NCBI GenBank assembly: GCA_964270895.1
Contig: OZ185435.1
Direction: 5' to 3' (one strand)
Source of the DNA: Podarcis filfolensis
Lineage: Eukaryota
Length of the DNA stretch: 64,000 bases
A program made the position numbers and the translations under genes. Positions 37,995 to 51,870 of this stretch are shown here, piece by piece (the stretch's first letter is position 1; every line of letters starts with the position of its first letter). Below the pieces are notes generated by a model. That model saw only the letters and a list, made by a program, of their open reading frames with translations. It was not told the DNA's origin and searched no databases.

Positions 37995-39092
37995 GGGATA
38001 TCGTCAGGAGTAAACCCTGCAGAAATCCAGAGTGGAGTCCCTAAGACAGTTGGACACCTCCTTGCAGCAACTGATGTGTTTCTGGAGGCGGTTGGAGGAT
38101 GGATGGCAGCTAACAGATTGAGGTTGAATCCTGATAAGACAGAAGTACTGTTTAGGGGGGACAGGAGGCGGGCAGGTGTGGCGTACTCCCTGGTCCTGAA
38201 TGGGGTAACTGTGCCCCTGAAGGACCAGATGCGCAGCCTGGGAGTCATTTTGGACTCGCAGCTGTCCATGGAGGATCAGGTAATTCTGTGTCCAGGGCAG
38301 CTGTTTACCAGCTCCATCTGGTACGCAGGATGAGACCTATCTGTCCCTGGACTGTCTCGCCAGAGTGGTGCATACTCTAGTTATCTCTCGCTTGGACTAC
38401 TGCAATGCACTCTATGTGGGTCTACCTTTGAAGGTGATCCAGAAACTACAACTAATCCAGAATGCAGCAGCTAGACTGGTAACTGGGAGCGGCCACCGGG
38501 ACCATATAACACCGGTATTGAAAGACCTACATTGGTTCCCAGTACGTTTCCGAGCACAATTCAAAGTGTTGGTGCTGGCCTTTAAAGCCCTAAACGGCCT
38601 TGGTCCAGTATATCTGAAGGAGCATCTCCACCCCCATCGTTACAGGGAACCAGGCAGAGGGCCTTCTCGGTAGTAGCACCCGCCCTGTGGAATGCCCTCC
38701 CACCAGATGTTAAAGAGAACAACTACCAGACTTGTAGAAGACATCTGAAGGCAGCCCTGTTTAGGGAAGCTTTTAATGTTTTACGGACTATTGTATTTTA
38801 ATATTTTGTGGAAGCTGCCCAGAGTGGCTGGGGAAACCCATCCAGATGGGCAGGAAATAAATAAATAAAAATGCAGCTAAGCTGGTGCCAAACATATTGC
38901 TCTGCTTTCTTTTGGACCACTTTAGTAAGGCCGAGAGGGGGGTCTTGTTGTCTGGGCAGCTCAGGACCTCCAAACAAACTGCTCAGGTTTGCACCCCAGG
39001 GAAGCCACTTTAGTGCTGTTAACACAGCGGTTTGACTTCACCCCTGAGGCGCACTCCATTGTCTTTCGAGACAAGACAGATGCCAACAAAAG
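37995..39092 (-). mobile_element. Retroposon-like interspersed repeat of unresolved family, split by an L2
   Basis: 38871-39092 and 37995-38080 read as one continuous minus-strand repeat that I recall from lizard genomes (..tttggcaccagcttagctgca // gttgctgcaaggaggtgtccaactgtcttagggactccactc..). Confidence 0.45.
38080..38870 (+). mobile_element. L2 LINE 3' part
   Basis: LEAVGGWMAANRLRLNPDKTEVL and LVISRLDYCNALYVGLPLK..QNAAARLVTG..HITPVLKDLHW. Has an internal deletion near 38640 relative to the 28026 copy. Confidence 0.93.
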
Positions 39093-39627
39093 GTAGCCTA
39101 TGAAAAGCAGATGCTTACTAGAACTGTACCAGATTAAGTTTTAAACAACTAGCCTGCATATTTAGCCATCGTTTTAAACAAAAATGATTCTATTCTAAAC
39201 CCTACGTAGAAGTGTTTTAGTGCCATCATTCTGTTGATAAATGGTCACTGAAGGAGAACAAACCCAAAATTTTAGCTTCTTGTGGGTCTGTTTTCACAAA
39301 ATAGTTTCTGAACCACCTTTCTATCTGCAGCCAAAGATGAAGAGCTTCTGGGGCCCACCTAACTTGGCTATGACAGGAAGAGGAGTTGGTATTTGAAACA
39401 GTAGTTCCAGCTTCTTAGGAGAGCTTCCTCTCACACTGCAAAACACACTGTGACTACGCATTCATTATTCCTAGTGGGAAATAGTTGCAAATACTGTGAA
39501 AAAAGAAACACATGTTCCAGGTTATGGAACACTCTCAATTCTCCTGCTACTGTTATATACCATGCCTTGGATAGTTGTGTTCTTCATTTGCCACCTATAG
39601 CTATATGGAACGCTAGGACTTTCCTTA

Positions 39628-39977
39628 AAGGTAAAGGGACCCCTGACCATTAGGTCCAGTCGTGACTGACTCTGAGGTTGCAGCGCTCATCTTGCTTTAT
39701 TGGCTGAGGGAGCCGGTGTACAGCTTCCAGGTCATGTGGCCAGCATGACTAAGCCACTTCTGGCGAACCAGAGCAGCGCACAGAAACGCCGTTTACCTTC
39801 CCACCAGAGTGGTACCTATTTATCTACTTGCACTTTGACGTGCTTTCGAACTGCTAGGTTGGCAGGAGCAGGGACCGAGCAACAGGAGCTCACCACGTCG
39901 CGGGGATTTGAACCGCCAACCTTCTGATCGGCAAGCCATAGGCTCTGTGGTTTAACCCACAGCGCCACCCGCGTCCC
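39628..39977 (-). mobile_element. Sauria SINE, subfamily B, full-length
   Basis: 12-bp TSD GGACTTTCCTTA at 39616-39627 and 39981-39992. Confidence 0.94.
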
Positions 39978-40214
39978 TTGGGACTTTCCTTAGTTATCCC
40001 AATTATATAAATTAAATTAGAGTATAAAATGGAGGGGTGTCAATGTTATTTGATAATTATATTTCAACCCACTTTTCTAAATACATATGAAGGTGGGTCA
40101 TTGAACATAACCTGCTTCAAATAGGATATTAAAGACTGATGGAACAGATAGTTTTGCATATTATAGTATTTTCTCCATTCTGTATTATGCCATTGTTACA
40201 TTTAGTAATTTACA

Positions 40215-40290
40215 TGGTGTTTTCAGTATTTAAAATGCTGCACATACATCACAGTAATCCTTAAGGTAGATTAGTATTATCCCAATGCTT
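40215..40290 (-). mobile_element. MIR/CORE-SINE-like remnant
   Basis: ..catcacagtaatccttaaggtagattagtattatcccaat resembles the reverse MIR core. Confidence 0.35.
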
Positions 40291-40726
40291 CTTCTCTTAG
40301 GATTAAATTTTGTCTATTGCATTTATGTCTATATATGTCTAAAGATCCAAGATGCTTGCTAGGCAATCTGAGCAGATATCCATACCTTACTATTATAATT
40401 ATTCCTTGCTTAAAAGGTAGCCCAATAGAACCCCACACTGTTCTAATATGCTTTTGTTATGTTTTTCTTCTTTTTTAGGAAAGAAACAAAGTGTAAAAGA
40501 GTGAATTGAGGGCTGGGCATGAAAGCCCTTCAAATGCTGTCAGTGTATGGATGTTATTTATCCTTCAAGCTGCTATTTAAACACTTAAAAAAATGTTTTA
40601 GGGTCCTATAAAAGTGAAAAACATGCACCTAAGTGTAGAATATCTTCCTCGGGGTTTTGGCCATTCACATCCAATTAAGTTTCATCTTTATGTAGCTCTG
40701 CCACTTCTATATGGAAATGTAGAAAT

Positions 40727-40859
40727 CAGGGTGGCCAACATGTGATTCTCCAACCTTGCTGAACTAGAACTTTCATAATTCCTGACCATTTGCTATTGTG
40801 GTTGGGCTGATGGGATCTGGAATCCAACAACACCGAGGGCCACAAGTTAGCCACTCCTG
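40727..40859. mobile_element. Degenerate hAT MITE (same family as 24603)
   Basis: cagggtggccaacatgtg..ctgatgggatc..gagggccacaagttagccactcctg. Confidence 0.6.
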
Positions 40860-41888
40860 ATGTAGATGATTAGAAAAGGAACCTAAAAGAGTGATGGGGT
40901 GTAAAAAAAATCCTATTATATTCTCATGCACATGGCCCCATTCTCCAAAGTCAGACTATCTAGTTAAATAAAAACAAAACCCACACTTGTGTTTTTGTGG
41001 TTCTGAAACAATGCTGAAGATCAGTATCTGTAACCAAATATTGTTTCAAATTTTGTAATTTAAAATACAAAGCGTAAGTGCTATATCCTCTGGGACACAG
41101 AAGTTGTTACAAATATCTTATCACTGACCATATCAGTCACACAGAGTTGCAAATGTAAACTAAATTACAAGAGCAACATAAATTCTGCTGACTATAGTTG
41201 AGAAAGGTTTTTACAGGAGTTCCTCTAGAAACAAGTGGATTGGGCCAGAAATAGCAGTGGATAATTTCAGAGGTGCTTCACACACTCTCCAAGCCCTCTC
41301 TTCCTTGCTGCATAACCCATTCGGCTGCTGGTTAAATGTTCCATTCCTTGCAATTCCCATCGTGGTTGATCCAATACTGCTATTTTCTTTTTACTTGGCT
41401 TACTAGCAGCGGGGGGGGGGGGCAGGTTCAGAATCATTAGAGGGGGAGAGAAAGTTTGAAACTCTCCTCTTCTTTCAACTCCTCTTGTGATGCTGAGCTT
41501 ACTGAGTAACAGGTGAGAATGGTGGAAAGGATGTTGGGTGTTGTGGGCCATGTAAAGTTATACAGTGGGCCAGAAGCAGCCTGGAAGTCACAGATTGCAC
41601 ACTTCTGAACAATACAGAGAGAGTGAAAGGCATGTTTCTTGGGATACTTTATTGGCCAGAGAATGTGTATATTGCCCAGTGAATATGCATATTGTTTGCG
41701 GAATGTACAAAACGCAGTCGAGATGTACACATTCCCCAAGGTCTGTTGGAGTTTATGCATAATATTGACTGGGAAATGTCCACAACCCTCTCTTCATGGA
41801 AGGAATATGAACACATTCTTCGTGAGGCCTGGTTAATGTGCACTAAGAGTGGTTGTTATGCACATGAATTGTTCATTCAACTTACATT

Positions 41889-42003
41889 CATAGACTCATA
41901 GAACTGGAAGGGACCCCAAGGATCAACAATCCAACCCCCTGCAATGCAGAAAACACAACTAAAGGATCCATGACAGATGGTTATCCAACCTCTGCTTAAA
42001 AAC
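41889..42003 (-). mobile_element. CR1 3' end stub
   Basis: catagaactggaagggaccccaagg..ccaaccccctgcaatgcag. Confidence 0.85.
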
Positions 42004-42735
42004 ATTCCTCTTAACTTATACAAATTAATCTAACAGTGCATATGCATTGCTTTGATTTTCCTTTGCTTACAAGATAATATCAAGTAATGTCTAGGTATAT
42101 CAAGTATAAATGAATAAACATAAGTAATGGAAACAAAAATCAAACTATATTTTTAATATCTTGCCTGCGGAAGAGTTGAAGGCTAGTTCTCTATTTTGCA
42201 ACTTTCTGTTTTTCTAATAGCAGGTATTAATTATATTAATCTTTCAGATTGCAGTTAGTACAAAAAAATTGACATATTTAGTTAGATTGTGTATAGATAA
42301 TTTCTGTCAAAAAAAAATGAGAGAAAGTTGCCCTTACCACTACTGTAGCAACAGCCCTGATATAGCTGCAGAAGCCCAATCAACTGCTTTATCTTCTGGT
42401 TTTCTTTGCTTAAAAATTAGCTATAACCTATTCAAGAAGGTTCTTTAAATTGGGAATATCACATTTTAACCTAGAGCTGTTTGTGAATATTCCAATGTTC
42501 ACATATTTCTCACACAAAATGATTAATTTTGTAACTATTATTGTAAAAATGCTGTTTTCTCAGAGACAGAAAAAGACTTGACATAAACAAGTGTTTAACC
42601 AATACCCTAATCCGAGTCACACACACAGGTATATAAACAACCACAGAAAGAAATCACTACATTTTAACCATAAACAAACACACTGGAAGAGGGATGCTTT
42701 CCTCGTATCCTATAGTCCTCCTGATTATACTAAGC

Positions 42736-42944
42736 CAGGGCCGGCAACCTAAGGCCCATGGGCCACAAGCGGCCCATGGGGGTCGTTTAACCGGCCCACA
42801 AGCCACCCCTGAACCGAGCCGCCCGCTCGGCCAGTCTCCTCACTTTCACGGTGCTGGAAATCGTGGGCGCACGCGTGATCCGGCCCACAGAGGGATCTCC
42901 GCTGGAGTGAACTGGCCCAGGCGAGGTAAACCTGCCGACCCCTG
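42736..42944. mobile_element. GC-rich hAT-type MITE
   Basis: Termini cagggccggcaac / ctgccgacccctg with ggccc-rich subtermini; TSD only partly preserved. Confidence 0.7.
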
Positions 42945-44834
42945 TACTGTGTGACATTTATGAAAGAGTGTAATATTTCAGCATTTCCTAAGGGCTCCTG
43001 AGGTCCACAGGGGTGTCACGGAAAAGAATGTAGTTGGTCAAGGGAGCCATGGACTCAAAAAGGTTGAAAACCTCTGAGCTAATGTACAATTGTCATCCAT
43101 CAGAAAGGTATAAATGTAATGTTGTGTGGATATGGAACTATTTTAAGTTCACTGTATATTTTATTATTAGTTTTAAATTTATCTCTTATCCAGTTCAGTA
43201 TTTTTGGGATGCTTGTGACAGAAACTAAAATAAATAGATTTTTTATACTGCTAACATGTTGAGACAAGTTTGACTTTATACACATCGATGTTATATAAAT
43301 GCACATTGCACAGAAGACAATAGTTATCCATTTATTCTCTAATAGAGTCATGCATGAAACAAGCAGTTTATGGGCTTTTCATTATAAGTAATTGTAAATT
43401 ATGGGTGGATTTTGGAGAACCATCCATTGAACCCATTCACACTTACATGCCCAAGACATGATGCATTACAAGTTGAATGTGACATTTTAATTTACTGCTC
43501 CCAAGTTATTTCACAACTGATAACTTGTAAGAAAATTAATCCCATGACCAAGAGTTCAATAGAAGTCATTCTCTTTTATAATCTTTCCTTTTAAAGAATT
43601 AAATGTAGTAAACAAACACGCCACATATTTTAAACAATGAGACATAACTGGGCGTATCTAATAATGATACAGTTCAGTTGTTAATAATTGTATTACAGCA
43701 GTCACACTGATGTGTCACGTTCATTAACTCTTTCAAAAGAAAGATTTTTAAAGGATGCACTCACAGCACATACCACCTTATTAGGGAAAAAGCCTGCAAA
43801 AAAGATAGGAATATCCTGGACATATTTTTCCTAAGACACATCCTGAGAAATCATGCTCTTCATGGCATTTCATGATCAATCCCAATTCATGCCCAAAATG
43901 ACTTGCCCAAAATTATTACAAAAGGTATTAAGATAGTTTAGTTAGATCCAACATTCCCAGGGAATACGTTCATAAGTCATTAAAAATTACTCATAACTGT
44001 TCTTTATCGTATTGAAATACATAACTTACTATTTTGAGCCAGCCCCCACCCCACCCTAGTTCCTTAAATTGCTAATTAACATACTTCCCTATTTCCTCCA
44101 TTTATGGGATTATTTGACATGGAAGGACATCAAAAAACCCATAGCTTCTAAAACTAACTATGCTTATTAACCCCAATATATTTTCCTAATTCATCTGTGT
44201 TTGCTTCTTCACATGATAGCCATCAAATATATGAAAGGCACTTTAGACACAGTGTCTGCAATGTTTTTTTCATTTCATTATTACGTTTGTTTTCATTATC
44301 AAAAACCTTGTTCATTTTGTTATTCAGTCATTAACATCACACTCAAATCCATTATTCCCAGATGTTCTCTTGCTGCGTTCCTTCCTATTCAAATGCATTA
44401 GATTTTCAGGTATTCCATACCTCCAAGAGATCAGACCTGCCAAATTTCAGACAGATAAGGAAAGGGGTCCCCATTTTATAGACAACTGAAAAAAGCACAT
44501 AGACCAACTACTCTATGGAGGAGCTTAAAGAAAATTAATCAAATACCTCAAGAATTTGGGAGAAAGCCTTTTTAAAATATCATTCCCAACATAAGATTAA
44601 GAGGTCAAGGAAACAGAGAGTTGGAATATAGTTAGTAGAATCTATAATAGCCCTTGCATCTGTCATAGGAAGGTTCCCCAGAGCTCAGTTAGACAAATTC
44701 TCGACGACCACAGCTGTTTTTTGCCATAGCTTGTGTCACTGGGATTTCCCACAGTCTCTACAGGCTTAATTATACTTCCTGTGAGCAGTAATTAGTATTC
44801 AGGATTTAAATGGACTTAAATTCATTCTCCACCC

Positions 44835-45640
44835 CATACTATTCACGCTGCTAAGGGAAAATGATAGGAACAAATTTTCAATGAACCAAGGCATGCATCT
44901 CCATGGCCAGATCTGACATCACAAGGAATGTGCACAGTGGGTGCACGAGCCACAATTGTGCAATTCACTTCCAGCCAGACCAAATCCTGGGCATCCTGGT
45001 TCATGGCTGCATCCAGGACTACACCCAAACTGTGAGCCTGAATCTTCAAAAGGGAGCTTAGCCTCATGCAGCATAGGTTGAAGCCCTATTCCCTGAGCTG
45101 CCTTCTGACTGACCTCAACTTGTTCATCCTAATCTAGTCCCTTAATGACATCAGACACTGATTTAGAACATAGACAGCATCTTTGGATTTAGATGGAAAG
45201 GAGAGATAGAGTTGTGTGTCATCAGCATACTGACAGCATAGCACTCCAAAACTCCAGATGACCTCTCCCAGAGGTTTCATGTATATGTTAAATAGCATTG
45301 GGGACAAGATGGAACCCAGGGGCCCTACAAGTCAACAGCCATGTGGTCAAACAGGAGTACTCCAGCACTGCCTTCTGAACTCACCCCTCCAAAAAGGACC
45401 AGAGCCACTGTAAAACAGTGCCCCCAAATCCCATCCCAGACAGTTGGTCCAGATAGATACCATGGTCGAAGGTATCAAAAATCACTGAGAAGTCCAGCAG
45501 AACCAACAGGGAAACACTCCTTCTGTCTAGTTCCCAGCATAGATCATACAGCAAGGCAACCAAAGCAGTCTCCATTCCATAACCAAGCCTAAAACCCAGA
45601 CTGAAATGCATCTATATAATCTGTTTCAGCCAGGAACCCC
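44835..45640 (-). mobile_element. Degraded L2 RT fragment
   Basis: GFRLGYGMETALVALL..VSLLVLLDFSVIFDTFDHGI..GFGGTVLQWLWSFLEG. Confidence 0.88.
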
Positions 45641-45947
45641 TGGAGATGAGATGGATTTTAAAAACTCGGCAACAGTCAAGCTCTAACCATTTGGTTCACC
45701 ACACACACCATGATGCTACCCTCTGGCAAGTGTGATAAGAGGTCAGCCATCCTCCCAACTTTAAAGCTGCAGAGATCATCCCAGCAAACATAGAGGAAAT
45801 AAATGTGTAGAAAGGAAATGCCCATAAATAAGGTGAGAAAAAATACTGATGCCTTCTCCAGCGCTTCTAATATTAGATAGCTTTAGCATACTCAGGAATC
45901 AAAAGTTTTATGTCCCTTTTGTAGGAAATGTGTGCTTTTGTGGACTT

Positions 45948-46116
45948 GTACCTCAGGTTGAGAACTTTGCCCCGGGATGAGAACAGAAATCGCGCGCCTT
46001 GGTGAGGAGGCAGTGGGAGGCCCCATTAGCAAAAGCGCACCTCAGGTTAAGAATGGTTTCGGGTTAAGAACAGACCTCTGGAACAAATTAAGTTTGTAAC
46101 CCGACATACCACTGTA
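45948..46116. mobile_element. Truncated copy of the 242-bp Tc1/mariner MITE
   Basis: Shares gatgagaacagaaatcg..ggaggccccattagc..ccactgTA with 59846-60087. Confidence 0.8.
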
Positions 46117-46149
46117 TATAGGCTCATTGATGTAGGAAAAGAATACGCT

Positions 46150-46455
46150 GATTGGCAGCTCAAATCTCCACAACGGGGTGAGCTCCTGTTGCTCGGTCCC
46201 AGCTCCTGCCAACCTAGCAGTTTGAAAGCACGTCAAAGTGCAAGTAGATAAATAGGTACTGCTCCAGCGGGAAGGCATTTCCGAGCGCTGCTCTGGTTTC
46301 TCCAGAAGTGGCTTAGTAATGCTGGCCACACGACCTGGAAAAACTGTCTGCGGAAAAACATCGGCTCCCTCGGCCAATAAAGCGAGATGAGCACTGCAAC
46401 CCCAGAGTCGTTCATGACTGAACTTAACTGTCAGGGGCCCTTTACCTTTACCTTT
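46150..46455 (+). mobile_element. 5'-truncated Sauria SINE, subfamily B
   Basis: ggggtgagctcc..ccaacctagcag..gcacgtcaaagtgcaag..(tttacc)n. Confidence 0.88.
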
Positions 46456-48366
46456 TTACAAAAGAGTTCTGGTCCCAAATGTCAGAGAAGCCAATATATT
46501 TTATTGTTTAAAGATAAACTTTCCTACTCTGAAAAACTAGAGAAAAGACACCTCAGTTAATGCTACAAAGGTAACAAAAAAAGAAGGAAGCATTTGATCT
46601 CTTCAGAAAGCAATGTTGCTAGAACACTTTACCTTTATGTCTAAATATGGACAAATAATTTACTGCCCACTTTTCTGAAACATCCTGCCAATTCTACTAA
46701 ATTTAATATGAAGGTCATGAAGCAGATATGAAGAGAGTCCAACAATACATCTTAGAAATTTTAAACGTCAGCAAGTCTCTGCAAGTATATTACTGGAGAA
46801 TGAAGAACATCCATTGTGAAATAAGCTTTTCTGCTATGTAGTTTTAAAAGGAGCTGAAACGGTGCCACAGAAATCGATCTGGCATCTATGGAGGAAATAG
46901 AGACAAAATATGCCTGCTAGGTGCAGTAGCCAATTGTTGACTCACTCTTTTGAAGCAGGATGTCTCTGCATTTCTCTGTCAACTTTGTCACTTCTATCAT
47001 CATCATCTTACTGTGTGGGCTAAAACTGTTTGGACTTTTGTTGTCACTATAGACATAGTTAGAATAAGATGGCTTTTAAATAGAGGCTCATGGAACAGAT
47101 GAAAAGACAAGGCAAAAACATGTCTGAACAGAGTCCTATGATTATTCCACAGCAGGACTAGAAATGTACATTTGCAGCTACCGTGGAATCAACAAAATCA
47201 ACATCTCTCTTACTGAAATGTCTGGATTTAATACTATTTGATACATGAAGTATCACCAAATTTCAACATGATTTTTTTATTTTATTTTTTTGCATAGGCT
47301 TTTGCCTACTAGCATTAATCCAGCACAAACTGATTAGGTGACAATACAGTAGTAAATAGTAAATTAACATTCTACCCTTGTAGAATTGGTACAGAAACAC
47401 TGACACTGTAGAAGGTATGTGTTATGCTAATGAGAACTGGTTTGGTTATAAAATGTCAGATATACAGAATAGTAATGGAAGAAGATACTTAAGGAATTTG
47501 ATCCAAAGTTCTGATTTAGAGGGCTAGATAGATCTTCTTCTAGTTCACAGGCTACATCGTTCATTTTACTATAAAGGCAGCATAATGGTATGTATGGAAG
47601 GACATTCCCACTTTTCTTTCATATACACACATTATGTACATATATTATGGAAAATGCCTCTAGCAGTATGACATATTTTTGTTGCTTTAGCATCAGAACA
47701 TCTGCAATTAACTTTTTTTCTGCTGACAATGTTCTGAACAGTGGGTCATCAAGATAAAAGCAGACATAAATCCTCTTATACCAACACAAGTAATATCATT
47801 CATCAGCTCAGATTTTTTTTTTTTGTAACATTACGTACAGAACATATTTGCATTGTATGCAAAGGAGTCTCTAATAGACACATTATGGAAATAAAAACAA
47901 ATCAAAACACAAAAGGGGAAATATCTCAGACACTATTAATATTTTAAAATTGTATGAACTCAACTATTGTGGACTACTGTTATCTACAAACTATCCAAAC
48001 TCTTAAAAGGTGTCTCTCTGGACAGTTTACAGTACAATTTAAAAACAAAGTTTACAAGATATCATTAGATCCAGGTGGTTTTTTTAAACCAAATTATATA
48101 GGGCTCAGACCATACTGAACATAAGGAACTTACCGTATTTTATATATGACGATAGGACACAACTACATACAACCCAACAAACAACTATCACAATTAAAAC
48201 ATGCAATAAAATGCAAAATCAATAGAACAGTAAAACAGCAAGCCATAAGCATTAAGTCTAATTTTTGCAAAACCTTATTATATATATATTTGAGCACCCT
48301 ATCACCTCAGGCAAGGCACTTGCTTTATTGCTAAGTATGTTAAGCACATACTTAACATACTTAACA

Positions 48367-48730
48367 GGGACGTGGGTGGCGCTGTGGGTAAAACCTCAGT
48401 GCCTAGGACTTACCGATCGTATGGTCGGCGGTTCGAATCCCCGCAGCAGGGTGAGCTCCCGTCTTTCGGTCCCAGCTCCTGCCCACCTAGCAGTTCGAAA
48501 GCCCCCCTAAGTGCAAGTAGATAAATAGGTACCGCTTTATAGCGGGAAGGTAAACGGCGTTTCCGTGTGCTGCGCTGGTGCTGGCTCACCAGAGCAGCTT
48601 CATCACGCTGGCCACGTGACCCGGAAGTGTCTTCGGACAGTGCTGGCTCCCAGCCTCTTAAGTGAGATGAGCGCAAAACCATAGAGTCGGACACGACTGG
48701 CCCGTACGGGCAGCGGTACCTTTACCTTTA
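48367..48730 (+). mobile_element. Sauria SINE, subfamily A
   Basis: Full-length. TSD TATGTTAAGCAC at 48336-48347 and 48729-48740, with 19 extra nt at the 5' junction. Confidence 0.92.
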
Positions 48731-49003
48731 TGTTAAGCACCCACCTTTGGAAGAATCTTTCAGTTATGATTTGATTATGATTTGAATTTTTTTTCATATA
48801 TACTAAAATAATACACATATACTTGAGGCAAATAATTAATTAGTAAATATTTTAGCTTAGTTAATGCATTATTGCTTCAGATCGCAAACCACTTTGAGTT
48901 TCCTTTAATTAAGCAAGCTAAAAATGTGCCAAATGCTGAGGAATTCATGTCAGTGGCTATAAAATCAGCCAGAAGTTTTTTTTAATTCATCCATAAATAA
49001 CAG

Positions 49004-49100
49004 GTATCTGAAGAAGTGTGCATGCACACGAAAGCTCATACCAAGAACTAACTTAGTTGGTCTTTAAGGTGCTACTGGAAGGAAAAAATTTTTTTTTTGA
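49004..49100 (-). mobile_element. Penelope-like terminal stub
   Basis: Reverse complement of part of 5132-5271. Confidence 0.7.
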
Positions 49101-49410
49101 AATAACAGCAACATATTCTTCCATCTTAGAAGGACTGGCAACAAGTAACTGGCATAAGAACAGGTGATTTTCATGTCCAGAATCTTAAGAGAGTATATGT
49201 AATGTATTGTGCAGCTTTTAATCCTTAAAGTCCTTAATAATATGAGTGCAATCTGCCTTAGCGAGCACCTCCTCTTCTCAAATGGGTTCAACTGGAAAGA
49301 CTGAAGTTTTATTTTACTATTTTATCACTTGTCATTACTTTTTATAAAAGTAAAACTTCACAAGAAAATTATGTAATAGTTAATAAAAAATTCTCTAAGA
49401 GGCATTATAG

Positions 49411-49548
49411 CAGACATGGCTAACTAGTGGCTCCCTAGATGTTGCTGCCTTCCAGTTCCCATCAGCCTCAGCCAGCTTAGTCAATGGCCAGAGGTGACAG
49501 GAGTTGTAGTCGAGTAATAGCTGGAGGGCCACAGGTTTCCCACTCCTG
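49411..49548. mobile_element. hAT MITE (same family as 24603), degenerate
   Basis: Palindromic layout; imperfect 8-bp flanks cattatag / cactgtag. Confidence 0.65.
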
Positions 49549-49628
49549 CACTGTAGTATGTACAATATGACAATTAAAATGTTCAACTTGATAAAAAAAG
49601 AAATTAATGAAAAAGTTTTTTTTAAAAA

Positions 49629-49992
49629 AAGGTAAAAGACCCCTGACAGTTAAGTCTAGTCGCAGATGACTCTGGGGTTGCAGCGCTCATCTCGCTTTAC
49701 AGGCCTAGGGAGTCGACATTTGTCCACAGACATTTTTTCCGAGTCATGTGGCTAGCATGACTAAGCCGCTTCTGGCGCAACGGAACACCGAAACCAGAGC
49801 AGCGCATGGAAATGCCATTTACCTTCCTGCCAGAGTGGTACCTATTTATCTACTTGCACTTTTTGGCGTGCTTTCGAACTGCTCGGTTGGCTGGGACTGA
49901 GCAACAGGAGCTCACCCCGTCGCAGGGATTCGAACCGCTGACCTTCTGATCGGCAAGCCCAAGAGGCTCAGTGGTTTAGACCACAGCGCCAC
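49629..49992 (-). mobile_element. Sauria SINE, subfamily B, nearly full-length
   Basis: aaggtaaaagacccctgac..ggtttagaccacagcgccac. Confidence 0.9.
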
Positions 49993-51870
49993 AAGTACTG
50001 ATATTCAAAAGGCTGTTGAGTTCCAAAATCAAATCTCTAAATTCAATTTGCTCACATATAGAATCTCATAGAATACACAGACCCAGTACATCCATACTAT
50101 TTCTGGATCTGTTAACTCTGTGCATATACAACACTAGACTATAGTTACTTTTTCAGCCTTAAAGTAAGGTGAACAAAGAAGAAATTCTGCACGGTTACAA
50201 AATCAATACCATCTTGCAGGGTCCCTCCTCCTCCCCATGTGAGTTCACATGATGCTTCATCAAGATTAACATTCACTAAAGGTTATTTTCATCATGGTTT
50301 GCAAATCAGCTTCAAACTCTGTATAGGGATAGTGACAGTGCAGACATAATGCTACATCTTGGTTAAGACTAAAAGGGCAAGAATGGGTGGGGGAAAATTT
50401 TTATAGGAGAGTTGAAGGGAATGAAAGGGATGCACCTGGTCTTTTACCCATGATTCAGACACACAGAAGTATTATTTTTTATCTGAATCTTGGAATTAAC
50501 TTTAGGTTTAATATAGGTTTCCACCAATTCAGAAGGCACATCTAAATGTTTTGTGTAAAACACTTGCCCAAAGTTACTTAGCAACATAACTGAGTTGCCA
50601 TGAAACACATGCACATTTTTGTACTTGCATGCACTTGAATTAAACTACATAAACATGATTCAAGAATAAGACACACTGACTCATATGTAGCACACGAATG
50701 TGCACATAGAAGCAAGGTTTAAACTTAGCATTAGTATTTTTTCATGATTGTCTCATTATCTTAAATTATCCTTTGTGTCATAAATATTAGTCAGATACAC
50801 AATACTGTTAATCTCATTTTGCGTAAAGACAGAGCTAAATACCAAGTATGACATAGCATATCCACACCTTTTTGATGCCTTAAGGTGAAGTAGGAAGCAC
50901 ACAAACTTGAATGCCAGTGCCACTTAAACAATGAGGCTTACTCAAAAGTAAATGTGTTTATGAGAAGGGTAAGTCCTCTTGACTTCTGCAAAGATTTACA
51001 ATGGAAAATTTAATATAAAATTAAAATTGATTTGGGTCATATTTAAAAATTAAGATAACTCCACCAGTATGTAATGATTATAAGCCAGTATGGACAGTTT
51101 GAAAGAATCTCTTCTGATAGCTTATAAGCTTATTTAAAATGAAAAAGACTTATAGAGTAAGGTTTTGAAAAAAGGGTTATTGTAACACAGTTCCCAGAAT
51201 TCTCAGGTCTTCCATAACAAAAAATTACTACATCGCATTCAGATGTATCCAACTCTCCAGTGTGAAAACAACTGAAGTTCTTTTCTTCCACAACTATTTT
51301 AGAGAAAGGCATTCTTAAAATTCACACACTGAAGAGTTTAATTGCCTCCCTGAATTTATTGAACAGACAATCTGAAACTATCCACAATGGTTACTAAACT
51401 AATTTTCCTGCTTTAGATATCTTCTTTAACATAACTGCAGGCAATCAGAAAGATCAACGGCAAATTTATGTCATGTACATTATAGTAGACTATGTTTTTC
51501 AAGCTATAGCCATGGATGATAGTAGCCAAATTCCAACGTGAAATAAATCATTGCTGCCTAAAAGCACTTACAATATTCTAGGTTCAGAAGTGGACCAAAG
51601 GAGCCAACATTTGCTGCAGTGGATGACAATAGCAGGCTGAATTGCATCAGTGATGTGTTCCCAACACACAAATATTGTCATAGAAACATCAAACATCATG
51701 CAAGCAGATGTCTACTCAAGTAATGGAACTTTCCCAAGCTCACCACAGATCTGATCCTCCACAGCAAAGGTGGGAAGGGTACACAATGCAGAAAGGGAGA
51801 AGAGAAGTGGAAGTCCTATTGCACCTGCTGAAGTCTGTTCCACTGACAGACAACCACCATTGGACATTAC

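Noticed and set aside
37913-38080. Possible L1/Tx1 ORF2 C-terminal remnant (..YFW..HLLAA)
   Set aside because: Better explained as the other half of the minus-strand repeat at 38871-39092; the motif spacing is unconvincing.
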